Of a DNA stretch of 64,000 nt, positions 46,324-55,082 are shown piece by piece (the first letter of the stretch is position 1; every line of letters starts with the position of its first letter). The position numbers and the translations under genes are program-made. The DNA is from Escherichia phage vB_EcoM_CRJP21. The stretch lies in sequence record OQ708376.1. One strand, 5' to 3'. The notes under the pieces are model-generated. The model saw only the letters and a program-made list of their open reading frames with translations. It ran no database searches and was not told the DNA's origin.

Positions 46324-46743
46324 ATGTTAAATGAACGTATTAAAAATGCACTACATGTATTGAATCAAGAAGTCAATTCTATTCATAAAAGTACTGACCG
46401 TTATAAAGTAATGCATGAAATCAAACAAGAATTGGAATCTATTAATAAGGGAGAGTGGTGGTATCTTCAGCCCGAATATCAAACTCGTGAATTAAACGAT
46501 GTTGAAAAAGAAATTGTCAAATTCATCACTACTCGTTATTGTGATACATCAGAGAATGATGTATCAGCGAACTTCAATCTTACTAAATTGGAAGTCGAAG
46601 AAAAATTCCATTTTGATTGGCTTGATTGGATTGAAATGGTAATGGAACTAGAAGAAAAATTCAATGTTGAAGTTGATGAAAAGTTCGAGAATAATGAAAC
46701 TAAGCTGTATGAACTAGTAGAACATATTCAAAAAATGTTGTAA
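46324..46743 (+). CDS. protein with ACP-like C-terminal domain lacking carrier serine
   Basis: FDWLDWIEMVMELEEKF aligns to ACP DSLDTVELVMALEEEF with Ser replaced by Trp. Confidence 0.5.
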   Translation: MLNERIKNALHVLNQEVNSIHKSTDRYKVMHEIKQELESINKGEWWYLQPEYQTRELNDVEKEIVKFITTRYCDTSENDVSANFNLTKLEVEEKFHFDWLDWIEMVMELEEKFNVEVDEKFENNETKLYELVEHIQKML

Positions 46744-46796
46744 AACTATACAATTGTATACTCTAAATAATATCATCAACTATAGGAGATATTATT

Positions 46797-47171
46797 ATGA
46801 GTATGTTAGAAATAATTGTTTCAAAAATTCTTATTCCATTTTGGAAACCAATTTCTTTTGTATTATTAATTGGCGGTTCAGCTTATGCTGGTTGGGAAGC
46901 TAATACTTATTACAGTGGATATCAACAAAGCATAGAGCAACAAATAGCTAAAAAAGTTGATACCGCCTTGGATAAAATGCAACAAGAAAATGCAAAAAAT
47001 TACCTTGAAACTAAAAAAATCATGGAAGATAATGCTAAAGTTATTGAAACAAAGGTTCCTTTTATTGTAGAACGTGAAGTTTATAAGAATGTATGTTTAG
47101 ATGAAGATGGTGTAAAAGTACTGAATGAACTAAAACAAAATTCTCAAGCTGCGAGGAATAAATTCAAATGA
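46797..47171 (+). CDS. putative i-spanin
   Basis: N-terminal TM, charged helical periplasmic region, overlaps lipoprotein gene. Confidence 0.5.
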   Translation: MSMLEIIVSKILIPFWKPISFVLLIGGSAYAGWEANTYYSGYQQSIEQQIAKKVDTALDKMQQENAKNYLETKKIMEDNAKVIETKVPFIVEREVYKNVCLDEDGVKVLNELKQNSQAARNKFK

Positions 47172-47476
47172 AAAAATTATTAGTTCCGTTTATTTCTTTT
47201 TTAATTATAAGTGGATGTGCAGAACAAGTAAAACTACAATCCCCTACACCAATTAAACAAGAAATTCTGTTAGAAAGATGTGATGATGATACACCTCTAC
47301 CACAAAAAATTATGATTGACAAAAATGGTTTTAAAGGTTATGATGGTGCAGAAATTCTTAAAGTACTTACTCGTTGGGATGCAGTATACAACGAATGTGC
47401 TTTAAAACATGATGCATTAATTAAAACTATTCGTGATTTACAAGGTAAAGATATTAAAATCAATATCAAGGAATAA
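47168..47476 (+). CDS. putative o-spanin (lipoprotein)
   Basis: signal + lipobox ISGC; additional Cys residues; ATGA overlap with i-spanin. Confidence 0.55.
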   Translation: MKKLLVPFISFLIISGCAEQVKLQSPTPIKQEILLERCDDDTPLPQKIMIDKNGFKGYDGAEILKVLTRWDAVYNECALKHDALIKTIRDLQGKDIKINIKE

Positions 47477-47477
47477 A

Positions 47478-48089
47478 ATGAACAAATATCATGTTTACTA
47501 TACGACCAAATTATCACTTCTTGACGAATTAAATCAACGAAGTACTAAGATGAAACGCTACACTTTAAATGGTATTACTTTTCGATATTTCCCACAAAAA
47601 GTTCTTACATTTATTAAGAATCCAAAATGCGTGGCATGTGGGATTGAAGCTACTGAAGTACGCATTGAACGTTCATTATGTTCTGATCCAGTATATGGTA
47701 AACCACATTTAAATGTATATGCTGTATGTGGTCTTTATGAAGTTTTAATGACAGTTGACCATAATCATCTGGCATCTAAGGGTGGACCTGATTTAGAGTC
47801 AAACTTTAATACTATGTGCTCCAGATGTAATCAACTACGTTCGAATAAAACTGAAACAGTTGATGAGTTTCTTGAGAAAGTTAAAGGTCGTAATCTTCTC
47901 CAAGAACATATGAATAATTTCTTTAATGTACAAAAAAAGAAAAATAACATTGACAAGTCGAAACTACTAGAAGAACGTAGGTTACGTCAAGAATTATGGG
48001 AAACTGATCATCTATGGCATGTTCGAGAGTTTGGTCGTCATATGAAAGCATTGAAAAAAGAACAGAAGAAATTGAATAAACATGATTGA
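47478..48089 (+). CDS. HNH endonuclease
   Basis: CVACG ... VDHNHLASKGG ... CSRCN (HNH with zinc-binding Cys pairs). Confidence 0.7.
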   Translation: MNKYHVYYTTKLSLLDELNQRSTKMKRYTLNGITFRYFPQKVLTFIKNPKCVACGIEATEVRIERSLCSDPVYGKPHLNVYAVCGLYEVLMTVDHNHLASKGGPDLESNFNTMCSRCNQLRSNKTETVDEFLEKVKGRNLLQEHMNNFFNVQKKKNNIDKSKLLEERRLRQELWETDHLWHVREFGRHMKALKKEQKKLNKHD

Positions 48090-48101
48090 TATGATATTAT
48101 A

Positions 48102-48131
48102 GGGACTTGAGTATTCAAGTCCTTTTTTTTT
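48102..48131 (+). terminator. intrinsic terminator
   Basis: GGGACTTGA-gtat-TCAAGTCC then T9. Confidence 0.65.
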
Positions 48132-48142
48132 GGAGAAAATAT

Positions 48143-48415
48143 ATGAAAACAAAATTATTTCCACAACAAATAATGATTGAACTGTGCGAACATCAGTCTG
48201 GTGAAGTTGTTACAATCAGTGGTGATACGTATTCCATCATTTTAAATGAACAACAATTTGATCATACAAACCATACGAATGAACTGTATAATCTTATGTT
48301 TATGGACGATAAGAGTGAAAAATACTATCATTGTACATATGAACGATGTATAGATACAACACCATTTTGTAATGAAATGGTTGGTGTTAAATGTTATGAA
48401 TGTGAAGTGTTATGA
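48143..48415 (+). CDS. hypothetical Cys-rich protein, tandem paralog 1 of 2
   Basis: MKTKLFPQQIMIELCEH ... KYYHCTYER. Confidence 0.5.
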   Translation: MKTKLFPQQIMIELCEHQSGEVVTISGDTYSIILNEQQFDHTNHTNELYNLMFMDDKSEKYYHCTYERCIDTTPFCNEMVGVKCYECEVL

Positions 48416-48435
48416 AGTTTTTTAGGTAAAAATAT

Positions 48436-48792
48436 ATGAAAACAAAAATCTTTCTACCACAAACCATGATGGAACTGTGTGAACATGATGCAGGGGATGT
48501 TGTCACTATTAGTGGTTCCTGGAATGAGAGTACTGAAGACTTTATGCCAGATGAGGTATATTCTGTTGTTTTAAATGAACAGTACAATACAAGCCGTTGG
48601 AATGCACAGTACAATCTAGTTTTTCTTGACAATAACAATGAAAAGTACTATCATTGTACGTATGAACGAGGTCTGACAGAACGTAACTACACAACTCCTT
48701 TCTGTGATGAAATGGATGGTGTAAAGTGCTATGAAGTTTATGTTCGTCAGGTTCCAGTTGTTACTTACAAAACCGAGTGGGATTATCTGTAA
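48436..48792 (+). CDS. hypothetical Cys-rich protein, tandem paralog 2 of 2
   Basis: MKTKIFLPQTMMELCEH ... KYYHCTYER. Confidence 0.5.
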   Translation: MKTKIFLPQTMMELCEHDAGDVVTISGSWNESTEDFMPDEVYSVVLNEQYNTSRWNAQYNLVFLDNNNEKYYHCTYERGLTERNYTTPFCDEMDGVKCYEVYVRQVPVVTYKTEWDYL

Positions 48793-49190
48793 TGCTTAAA
48801 GATTTAGATTTTTCAAATTTAGAGATCATCAGTGCAGTGAAGAATATTACTGATATGGATGATGAAAAAGGTGTAATGGTAACTATCACTTTCGTAAAGG
48901 AAGAGGATAGCTATAAGCATCTTACTGGAATTGAAGAACTAATTCATAAAACCAATCTTGAGAATGATGGTAAACTCATCAAGCTTCAGGCTTCATATAC
49001 GCAAAAAACGTCAAATTTTATAGACCTAAATAATGTAGTCAAGGTGGTATACAATCATCCTGATCACACATATAGGAACACGACAAGAAATGAAAATGTT
49101 GCTAACGATTCGAATATTATCGAAGATGTTGAATTCATAAACACAATTTTTGATCGTTGTTCTAAGGATTTAAAAAAAGTATACATGTAA
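48792..49190 (+). CDS. hypothetical protein
   Basis: ATG 48792 overlapping previous stop. Confidence 0.45.
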   Translation: MLKDLDFSNLEIISAVKNITDMDDEKGVMVTITFVKEEDSYKHLTGIEELIHKTNLENDGKLIKLQASYTQKTSNFIDLNNVVKVVYNHPDHTYRNTTRNENVANDSNIIEDVEFINTIFDRCSKDLKKVYM

Positions 49191-49191
49191 T

Positions 49192-49219
49192 GGGACATTA
49201 TATGTTCCAATGATATAAT
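49192..49219 (+). promoter_or_regulatory. promoter GGGACA-N13-TGATATAAT
   Basis: same architecture as 25071 promoter; drives the ORF-poor island. Confidence 0.5.
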
Positions 49220-49496
49220 GTATATAGAAAATGACAACGGACATTGAAAAATGGACACTGAGAACCTACTTCTCTTGAAAATGTAAAGGATAGATGAGCT
49301 TTACCGTTGTAGCGAACAGCAGAAGAAACCTGTTAGAGTACTGGCATTTAAACAAACACGATGTAAGACCACGAATCACGGCGACACGGCTGTATAAAGA
49401 ACTCCGATAAGCATACAGAGAGTTCCTAGATAGATGTATAAGGTTCGCACCTTACCAGATTTGCTAAGGGAGTTTAAGAATAGCGGACGCAATTTT

Positions 49497-49525
49497 ACAA
49501 GAAAGTTGCGTCCAAAATTTGAGAA
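49497..49525 (+). repeat. direct repeat copy 1 (29 bp)
   Basis: ACAAGAAAGTTGCGTCCAAAATTTGAGAA; copy 2 at 49649-49677 differs at 2 positions. Confidence 0.7.
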
Positions 49526-49648
49526 CAGGTACTACTTTGATCGAATAGAGTTAGTACTGAGTGCTGTTGATGAAAAGACCAGCGACCGTTGCATATGACT
49601 GCGATAGAGAGAAACCGAGCAACCCGCTTTCGCTCTCTAAATTTTGGT

Positions 49649-49677
49649 ACAAGAAAGATCCGTCCAAAATTTGAGAA
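49649..49677 (+). repeat. direct repeat copy 2 (29 bp)
   Basis: ACAAGAAAGATCCGTCCAAAATTTGAGAA. Confidence 0.7.
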
Positions 49678-49713
49678 ATTCGCAATTCGATAATATCCGA
49701 TGCCATCATCGTC

Positions 49714-49740
49714 AAGAGAGACTTAATTGTCTCTTTTTTA
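49714..49740 (+). terminator. intrinsic terminator
   Basis: GAGAGAC-ttaatt-GTCTCT then TTTTTT. Confidence 0.6.
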
Positions 49741-49878
49741 TTATCTTCATTCCCCTGCGGGGGATGTAATAGTCCTCAACAAATCCCGTCAAGTTTTTAA
49801 AGTACATTATCATTTTCAGAAGGAACTAGTTTACGAAGTAAACGCAGTGACTTCTTGAGTTACGAGAGAACGAAGTGA

Positions 49879-50307
49879 ATGAGTAACACAACGAAAATAT
49901 CCGATAAATCTGAATTAACACAAATGTTATTCAAAGAATATTTTGAGTTCCAGATAAAAGACGAACATCAATTACCACAGCAATATTTGAAAAGAATTAA
50001 AGATCCGTCAGTAATTACTAAAGAAACTAATTTTTATAATAGTATTTTAGATTTCGTTAAATCAGTTCATACAACAAGACCTATTGTAGTTTTGTTTTTT
50101 GATAAATCTATTCCTTTAGTAGTTCCTGAAAATGTATTTTTTATCTCAGAAACTGATTTAAATAATCAAAGTACTGTAAGTAGATTAAGAAATTGCTTAC
50201 TTGTAGTATGTGATTCTTCTTTGTATATTAATAGAATACTATGGGATAGAAGTAAACGCAATACAGTTTCGGAAATGAATCCTGAAATTACCTTTATTAT
50301 TAACTAA
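49879..50307 (+). CDS. hypothetical protein
   Basis: 142-aa ORF, ATG 49879. Confidence 0.5.
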   Translation: MSNTTKISDKSELTQMLFKEYFEFQIKDEHQLPQQYLKRIKDPSVITKETNFYNSILDFVKSVHTTRPIVVLFFDKSIPLVVPENVFFISETDLNNQSTVSRLRNCLLVVCDSSLYINRILWDRSKRNTVSEMNPEITFIIN

Positions 50308-50339
50308 ATAATAAGAGAATAACTCTAAGGAGAGATATT

Positions 50340-50780
50340 ATGGAAGATATTAATGATTTACGACACGTAATGGACTTTATCGGAAGTACTGAAGAAGATA
50401 ATTCATATGATGAAGTACTATTAACTTTTATTGAAAATAGTTTGTTTTTGAGTTCTGCTGCACATAACTGGCACTTACAATGTCATTTTTATACAAAGCA
50501 TTTACAATTAGATGAACTATATAAAGAATTACCAGAATATGTAGACGCATTTGTTGAAGGTATCATGAATAATCGTGGTGCTTTACAAGTTGGGACTGGT
50601 AATAGTTATCGTTTTACACCAATTGAAGATTGTGTACCAATTCTTGAAGAATATGTTGAGCAATGCAGAGCAATTCATGATATGCTTGAAGAATCGGGTG
50701 ATTACGGCAGTGTAAACACATTAGAAGATATTATGAGTTTTGTTGAAGGCGTACTTTACAAACTTAAAGTTTTACAATAA
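50340..50780 (+). CDS. Dps/ferritin-like protein
   Basis: LTFIENSLFLSSAAHNWHLQCHFYTKHLQLDELYKEL ... RGALQVGT aligns with E. coli Dps helix A/B region. Confidence 0.65.
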   Translation: MEDINDLRHVMDFIGSTEEDNSYDEVLLTFIENSLFLSSAAHNWHLQCHFYTKHLQLDELYKELPEYVDAFVEGIMNNRGALQVGTGNSYRFTPIEDCVPILEEYVEQCRAIHDMLEESGDYGSVNTLEDIMSFVEGVLYKLKVLQ

Positions 50781-50787
50781 ACTATAT

Positions 50788-50816
50788 GGAGAGTCGTTAT
50801 GACTCTCCTTTTCTTT
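50788..50816 (+). terminator. intrinsic terminator
   Basis: GGAGAGTC-gttat-GACTCTCC then TTTTCTTTT. Confidence 0.65.
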
Positions 50817-50827
50817 TGGAGAAAATA

Positions 50828-51181
50828 ATGAGCGATTACCGAGTTACAACAGGTCTGATGGCACGATTAGTTGAAGCTGTACCTGAAGATGATTATGAAG
50901 CTATTTCAGATCGTCTATTTGACGCAGATACTAATCTCCATATTACATATGATGGTACACTTGTCTTCAGTACTGATCTTGATGTTCCTGCGTATGAATT
51001 TGAGATTTCTTTTGGTAACAACTTAACCCCTGAAGAATTCGCTAGAAAATGTGAGCGTGAAGGGCTGTGCATTGACGTTAGTTCAGTTCAGCCATATACA
51101 TCTCTGTGGTGTGATAATGCTGATAGCCCAATGTCAATGACATCTTTACAGGATTTTGTAAATGCAAATCAAAAAGATTAA
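50828..51181 (+). CDS. hypothetical acidic protein
   Basis: ATG 50828 after GGAG; track start 50786 lies inside terminator. Confidence 0.5.
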   Translation: MSDYRVTTGLMARLVEAVPEDDYEAISDRLFDADTNLHITYDGTLVFSTDLDVPAYEFEISFGNNLTPEEFARKCEREGLCIDVSSVQPYTSLWCDNADSPMSMTSLQDFVNANQKD

Positions 51182-51554
51182 ATTCCACCAGCATTGTTCT
51201 ATACATGAATGTGATGATTGTGGTATACAAATGAGTGACATTTATACTGTTTCATGTAAAGGTTTCAAATTCTCTCACGGTGAACCTGCTTATTGTTATG
51301 GTACAGAAGAAGGTGATATCGAAGTAGTACTGAAAGAATTGTTCCAGTACTTGCAAAGTGTAGGTCATGATGTTACAATACCCACATATTATGAAGATGA
51401 TTATGATGCACATGTAGAAGAAAATACATATTATAATCAATTCGTTTATGGTAATGGTTTTATCACATACCTACATGAGAATGGTATTGAGGTAAAAACT
51501 AAGTACACCAGTGATGATTATGATGATGATAATTCTATGGAGATTGAAGATTGA
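51162..51554 (+). CDS. hypothetical acidic protein
   Basis: 130-aa ORF. Confidence 0.45.
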   Translation: MQIKKIKFHQHCSIHECDDCGIQMSDIYTVSCKGFKFSHGEPAYCYGTEEGDIEVVLKELFQYLQSVGHDVTIPTYYEDDYDAHVEENTYYNQFVYGNGFITYLHENGIEVKTKYTSDDYDDDNSMEIED

Positions 51555-52135
51555 AAGCAAAAGACTTGGCAGCACTGTTGATGCAGAATCCTGAAATGGA
51601 AGTGTATCATGAGCACATGCACATTGATGACATGTGTGACGCTTACTATTCACCAGAAAATGTGTCTGGTATTGAAATCACCCCTAGTGGAGTATTCATC
51701 AGTAGTGAACGTATTGATTTCAATTCCCAGCAAGAAATCAAAACTCCACATAATAAACCTCGCATTGGTGCTATTGACCTAGTATTTCATCAGGACCGTT
51801 TGGTGGAATATGATGAAGACGATGGTACTACCCAAACTGATGTTGAGAATGTTGTTTTTCGTTTTTATAATGCATACGAAGACCCAACTACTGGAGAAGA
51901 TTTCTTCCGTGAGCTATTAGAGGATGGAGAAGTTTATGGTCAGGATGGTACGGTTTTTGTACTGGACCCTAACTATGAGCCTGATCACAATACATGGCAA
52001 TTCTATACACCAGAAGATGTAATGGAAGTTAAAGTACTTATGGATATTGACGATAAATGGAATCCTATGTATACTTCAATGACATATGAAGAAGCCAAAG
52101 AATATTTCGTTTCTAAACTAAACATTACAAAATAA
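51551..52135 (+). CDS. hypothetical acidic protein
   Basis: 194-aa ORF. Confidence 0.5.
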   Translation: MKAKDLAALLMQNPEMEVYHEHMHIDDMCDAYYSPENVSGIEITPSGVFISSERIDFNSQQEIKTPHNKPRIGAIDLVFHQDRLVEYDEDDGTTQTDVENVVFRFYNAYEDPTTGEDFFRELLEDGEVYGQDGTVFVLDPNYEPDHNTWQFYTPEDVMEVKVLMDIDDKWNPMYTSMTYEEAKEYFVSKLNITK

Positions 52136-52152
52136 TAAGGATTCACAAATTT

Positions 52153-52434
52153 ATGAAAATTGTTGCAAGTGCATGGATGAAACTACCAGATGGTACAACT
52201 GCTTTTGAAGAATATGGCTTTGTTGAAAGTGTAGATGAATTAAAGCGTTTCAAAAGTGAAAATGATGATGATGTGTTTGATATTGTATTTGTATATCATC
52301 ATATTCCTAATGATACTGATTATGAACATTATTATTATCATCCTGATTTGTTGGAAACACTTGTATGCGACAACTATCATGAAATTGATGAAAATACAGC
52401 TTTACTAATGTTGAGTACCGTATCTCCGGTATAA
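52153..52434 (+). CDS. hypothetical protein
   Basis: 93-aa ORF. Confidence 0.45.
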   Translation: MKIVASAWMKLPDGTTAFEEYGFVESVDELKRFKSENDDDVFDIVFVYHHIPNDTDYEHYYYHPDLLETLVCDNYHEIDENTALLMLSTVSPV

Positions 52435-52442
52435 GGAGTAAT

Positions 52443-52922
52443 ATGTATAATCTTATAATTATCCGCGAACCATATGAATCTGACAACAGTTCAACTGATG
52501 GTGAGGTTTTAGTATATCAAAGTTATGAACAAAGTGGCATTGAACATGAATTAAAAGATTATTTACGTCAACATATATATCTATATCGTTCAAAACCACA
52601 TGAACAGTATGGCGATATAATGTTTATCGTAACTCATAATGGTGCAGTAATTGAACATGTAAATATGACAAATAACATGTATTTTCATAATTACACTGAC
52701 ACGTCTAAAGAATTAGGAAACGATTTCAATGCTGTTTACAATGCATTGCGTATCAATTTTTTTAAAAATGACAAATTCTGTACTGATATTAGATTAGAAG
52801 AAGCAAATACAAAAAAGAAACTTTCTCGAAAATACGAGAGTGATAGAAAAAAAGAACAAGAGATTCAGCGTTTACACGAATTGATGAAAAAATACCCTAA
52901 TGAGGTACAACATGGCTCTTAG
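52443..52922 (+). CDS. hypothetical protein
   Basis: 159-aa ORF. Confidence 0.5.
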   Translation: MYNLIIIREPYESDNSSTDGEVLVYQSYEQSGIEHELKDYLRQHIYLYRSKPHEQYGDIMFIVTHNGAVIEHVNMTNNMYFHNYTDTSKELGNDFNAVYNALRINFFKNDKFCTDIRLEEANTKKKLSRKYESDRKKEQEIQRLHELMKKYPNEVQHGS

Positions 52923-53250
52923 AGGTTCAAATCAATATAAATGTATTGCAGAGATCAGGAAGAAAGATGGAACACTTGTAGACCGAACATTAAAGGAAGA
53001 ATATAAAGAACTACGTGATGTGGTGCATAATGATAGTTATGGCGGGATGCGTCGTCAAAAAATTTATGAATATCTAAAGAAAGGTTTAGAAATTCAGGTT
53101 AATGGTCTTCATTGTATTCAAACAAAAAATGATCCTGATATTCTACGTTTGTTGAAAGAAGATAAGATTGAAATGTTTAATGTTCCTATTTCATTCTATG
53201 GTAATAAACTAAAATGTAAGCATACTTTCTTGAGGATTAAAAATGGTTGA
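52912..53250 (+). CDS. hypothetical protein
   Basis: ATG 52912 after GAGG (alternative 52900). Confidence 0.45.
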   Translation: MALRGSNQYKCIAEIRKKDGTLVDRTLKEEYKELRDVVHNDSYGGMRRQKIYEYLKKGLEIQVNGLHCIQTKNDPDILRLLKEDKIEMFNVPISFYGNKLKCKHTFLRIKNG

Positions 53251-53467
53251 TTCATTTATGAAAAAAATCTTTAAAAATTTACTATCTGGATTTGAAAAAG
53301 CAGTCCGTCTTATTTTCAGTTCAGTTGTAATGGTTATTACAGTACTGGCATTTTCTCTAGTACTGCATTTTGTACCATTCTGGTTAGTCTTTATTGTACT
53401 TATTGCTCTGCTAGGTGCACATGTTTATTATGTTTACCGTGACGCATTGGATGATGATAACGATTAA
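53243..53467 (+). CDS. small membrane protein
   Basis: two hydrophobic helices. Confidence 0.45.
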   Translation: MVDSFMKKIFKNLLSGFEKAVRLIFSSVVMVITVLAFSLVLHFVPFWLVFIVLIALLGAHVYYVYRDALDDDND

Positions 53468-53475
53468 ATGTATTT

Positions 53476-53500
53476 GACCTCACTATGTGGGGTCTTTTTT
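53476..53500 (+). terminator. intrinsic terminator
   Basis: GACCTCAC / GTGGGGTC stem then TTTTTT. Confidence 0.6.
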
Positions 53501-53512
53501 AAGGAAAATTAT

Positions 53513-53965
53513 ATGCTTATAGAAACAGAAACATTTAAGCGTTTTATAGACGTATGTCGTGATACGTGTTTTTGTTTTCTTTCATCACAAGAACAGTTCG
53601 ATGCAATGAGTGATGTGTTAGGATATCGCCGTTCGGTATTGATGAATTTTGATGGTCCTTTGATTGAAGTTCATGATGATGTGTATTCCCTCCAATATGT
53701 ATCAATTAACAATGCGTTCATCTTTATTGCTGACACGTACTCAATTGTAGTTGAGGAACGTGGTAAAGGTATACCAACAACACACTATATTGATTGTCAA
53801 AGAACTGATTGTGTTTATAGTTCTGGACTAATACAAACACCAATTCCATATCCTAGCATTTATATAAACACACTCCATCAAGAAATTATTGAGTACTGTA
53901 ATAGTATTTCTGATACAGATACACAGTATTTTCCTATTGTATTATTGAAAGGAGTTAGAACATGA
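53513..53965 (+). CDS. hypothetical protein
   Basis: ATG 53513 after AAGGAAA. Confidence 0.5.
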   Translation: MLIETETFKRFIDVCRDTCFCFLSSQEQFDAMSDVLGYRRSVLMNFDGPLIEVHDDVYSLQYVSINNAFIFIADTYSIVVEERGKGIPTTHYIDCQRTDCVYSSGLIQTPIPYPSIYINTLHQEIIEYCNSISDTDTQYFPIVLLKGVRT

Positions 53966-54351
53966 GATGGAAGAAACGTCACATTAAGCGTTTTGAGAAA
54001 ATAATTAAAAAATATTACTCACATAAGTTAGATCCGATGATTCTTCAGCTAAGGACCAGTATTTTTGATAGACGTTATCCGCAGTGTTTAGAATCGTACA
54101 GTCGTAAGCGTTCCAAGAATGAATACCAGGTGTATCGTTATGATTTATCTGAATTGTTTTTGAATACTCGTGTATCAGTACCAATCAAGCTGTACTCAAG
54201 GGTAAAACGAAGTAGGGTTCAAGATATTACATATGGATATCTTATGATTGAAATCGACGACCTCAATGAAAAAACTGGCAGAAATTACAGTACTTTATGT
54301 CTGGAAAATCATGATTCAATAAAAAGAATCATAGAAGAGTTGGGAAAGTGA
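53962..54351 (+). CDS. hypothetical basic protein
   Basis: 129-aa ORF. Confidence 0.5.
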   Translation: MRWKKRHIKRFEKIIKKYYSHKLDPMILQLRTSIFDRRYPQCLESYSRKRSKNEYQVYRYDLSELFLNTRVSVPIKLYSRVKRSRVQDITYGYLMIEIDDLNEKTGRNYSTLCLENHDSIKRIIEELGK

Positions 54352-54369
54352 GATTTTTAGTGCTATAAT
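54342..54369 (+). promoter_or_regulatory. promoter GGGAAA-N13-TGCTATAAT
   Basis: extended -10 at 54361-54369. Confidence 0.45.
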
Positions 54370-54380
54370 TGGAGATGAGT

Positions 54381-54725
54381 ATGAAATACATCGATAAAGG
54401 TACAGTGGAGACACAGTACTGGAATATCCATATTGCTGGTGATATTCAAACAGCAAGAGAGTACACAAGAAAGTTTGCGTTTAAGCATGGCTTTTGTGTA
54501 CAATTAATTCCCTGTGAATATATCTACACTGGCGGTCTTGAAAGTGGGATGTGTGCTCGTATTATTCAGTACCCACGCTTTCCAAAAGAAGAAGTATATC
54601 TCAACCGAGATGTATTAAACTATGCAAAGGGTTTAGCTGAAGAGTTGTGTCAAAAGAGCTTTACTATAGAGCGAAATAATGATACAATTTATTATGAAAG
54701 TGATGAACCTTTACACAAGAAATAA
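54381..54725 (+). CDS. hypothetical protein
   Basis: ATG 54381 after GGAG. Confidence 0.5.
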   Translation: MKYIDKGTVETQYWNIHIAGDIQTAREYTRKFAFKHGFCVQLIPCEYIYTGGLESGMCARIIQYPRFPKEEVYLNRDVLNYAKGLAEELCQKSFTIERNNDTIYYESDEPLHKK

Positions 54726-54736
54726 AAGGAAAATAT

Positions 54737-54868
54737 ATGAATGGACTAAAGAAATTTGGTAAAGATTTTCTAAAATGTATACGCTATACATATGATGCAA
54801 ACCCAGAAATGACTGCTATTGTGGGTGTGTTTATTACACTCGTTGTATTAAGCTTTATTGTGGTGTAA
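54737..54868 (+). CDS. possible small membrane peptide
   Basis: 43 codons, C-terminal hydrophobic helix. Confidence 0.3.
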   Translation: MNGLKKFGKDFLKCIRYTYDANPEMTAIVGVFITLVVLSFIVV

Positions 54869-54871
54869 CAT

Positions 54872-55075
54872 ATGATTGAAATTAATGCTGATATCTATTG
54901 TAGTGCAGCACCAAATTACTTCATTTATGCACTAAGTACATTTGGTGAAACTGAAGGTGAAACTTTTGTTTTAGTAGAGAATACTACATGGTTCAAAACA
55001 AGTAATAAAATTCCGAAAGATGTTTTGGAAACATATGTTCGTATTGAAAATAAAAACATATATGTAATTTTATAG
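54872..55075 (+). CDS. hypothetical small protein
   Basis: 67-aa ORF. Confidence 0.4.
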   Translation: MIEINADIYCSAAPNYFIYALSTFGETEGETFVLVENTTWFKTSNKIPKDVLETYVRIENKNIYVIL

Positions 55076-55082
55076 GTAAAAT

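Larger units (their letters stand above)
49226..49740 (+). other. promoter-to-terminator transcription unit lacking ORFs >=60 aa (candidate sRNA or micro-ORF island)
   Basis: visibly GC-richer than surroundings; possible small ORFs 49295-49411 (38 aa), 49434-49598 (54 aa), 49595-49693 (32 aa, ATGA-coupled). Confidence 0.35.

Noticed and set aside
49191-49878. tRNA gene(s) in the ORF-poor island
   Set aside because: No convincing T-loop (GTTCRA) with matching acceptor/anticodon stems found by eye; the nearest candidate (GGTTCGCACC at 49442) lacks the conserved A58 and flanking stems. Needs tRNAscan-SE to exclude formally.
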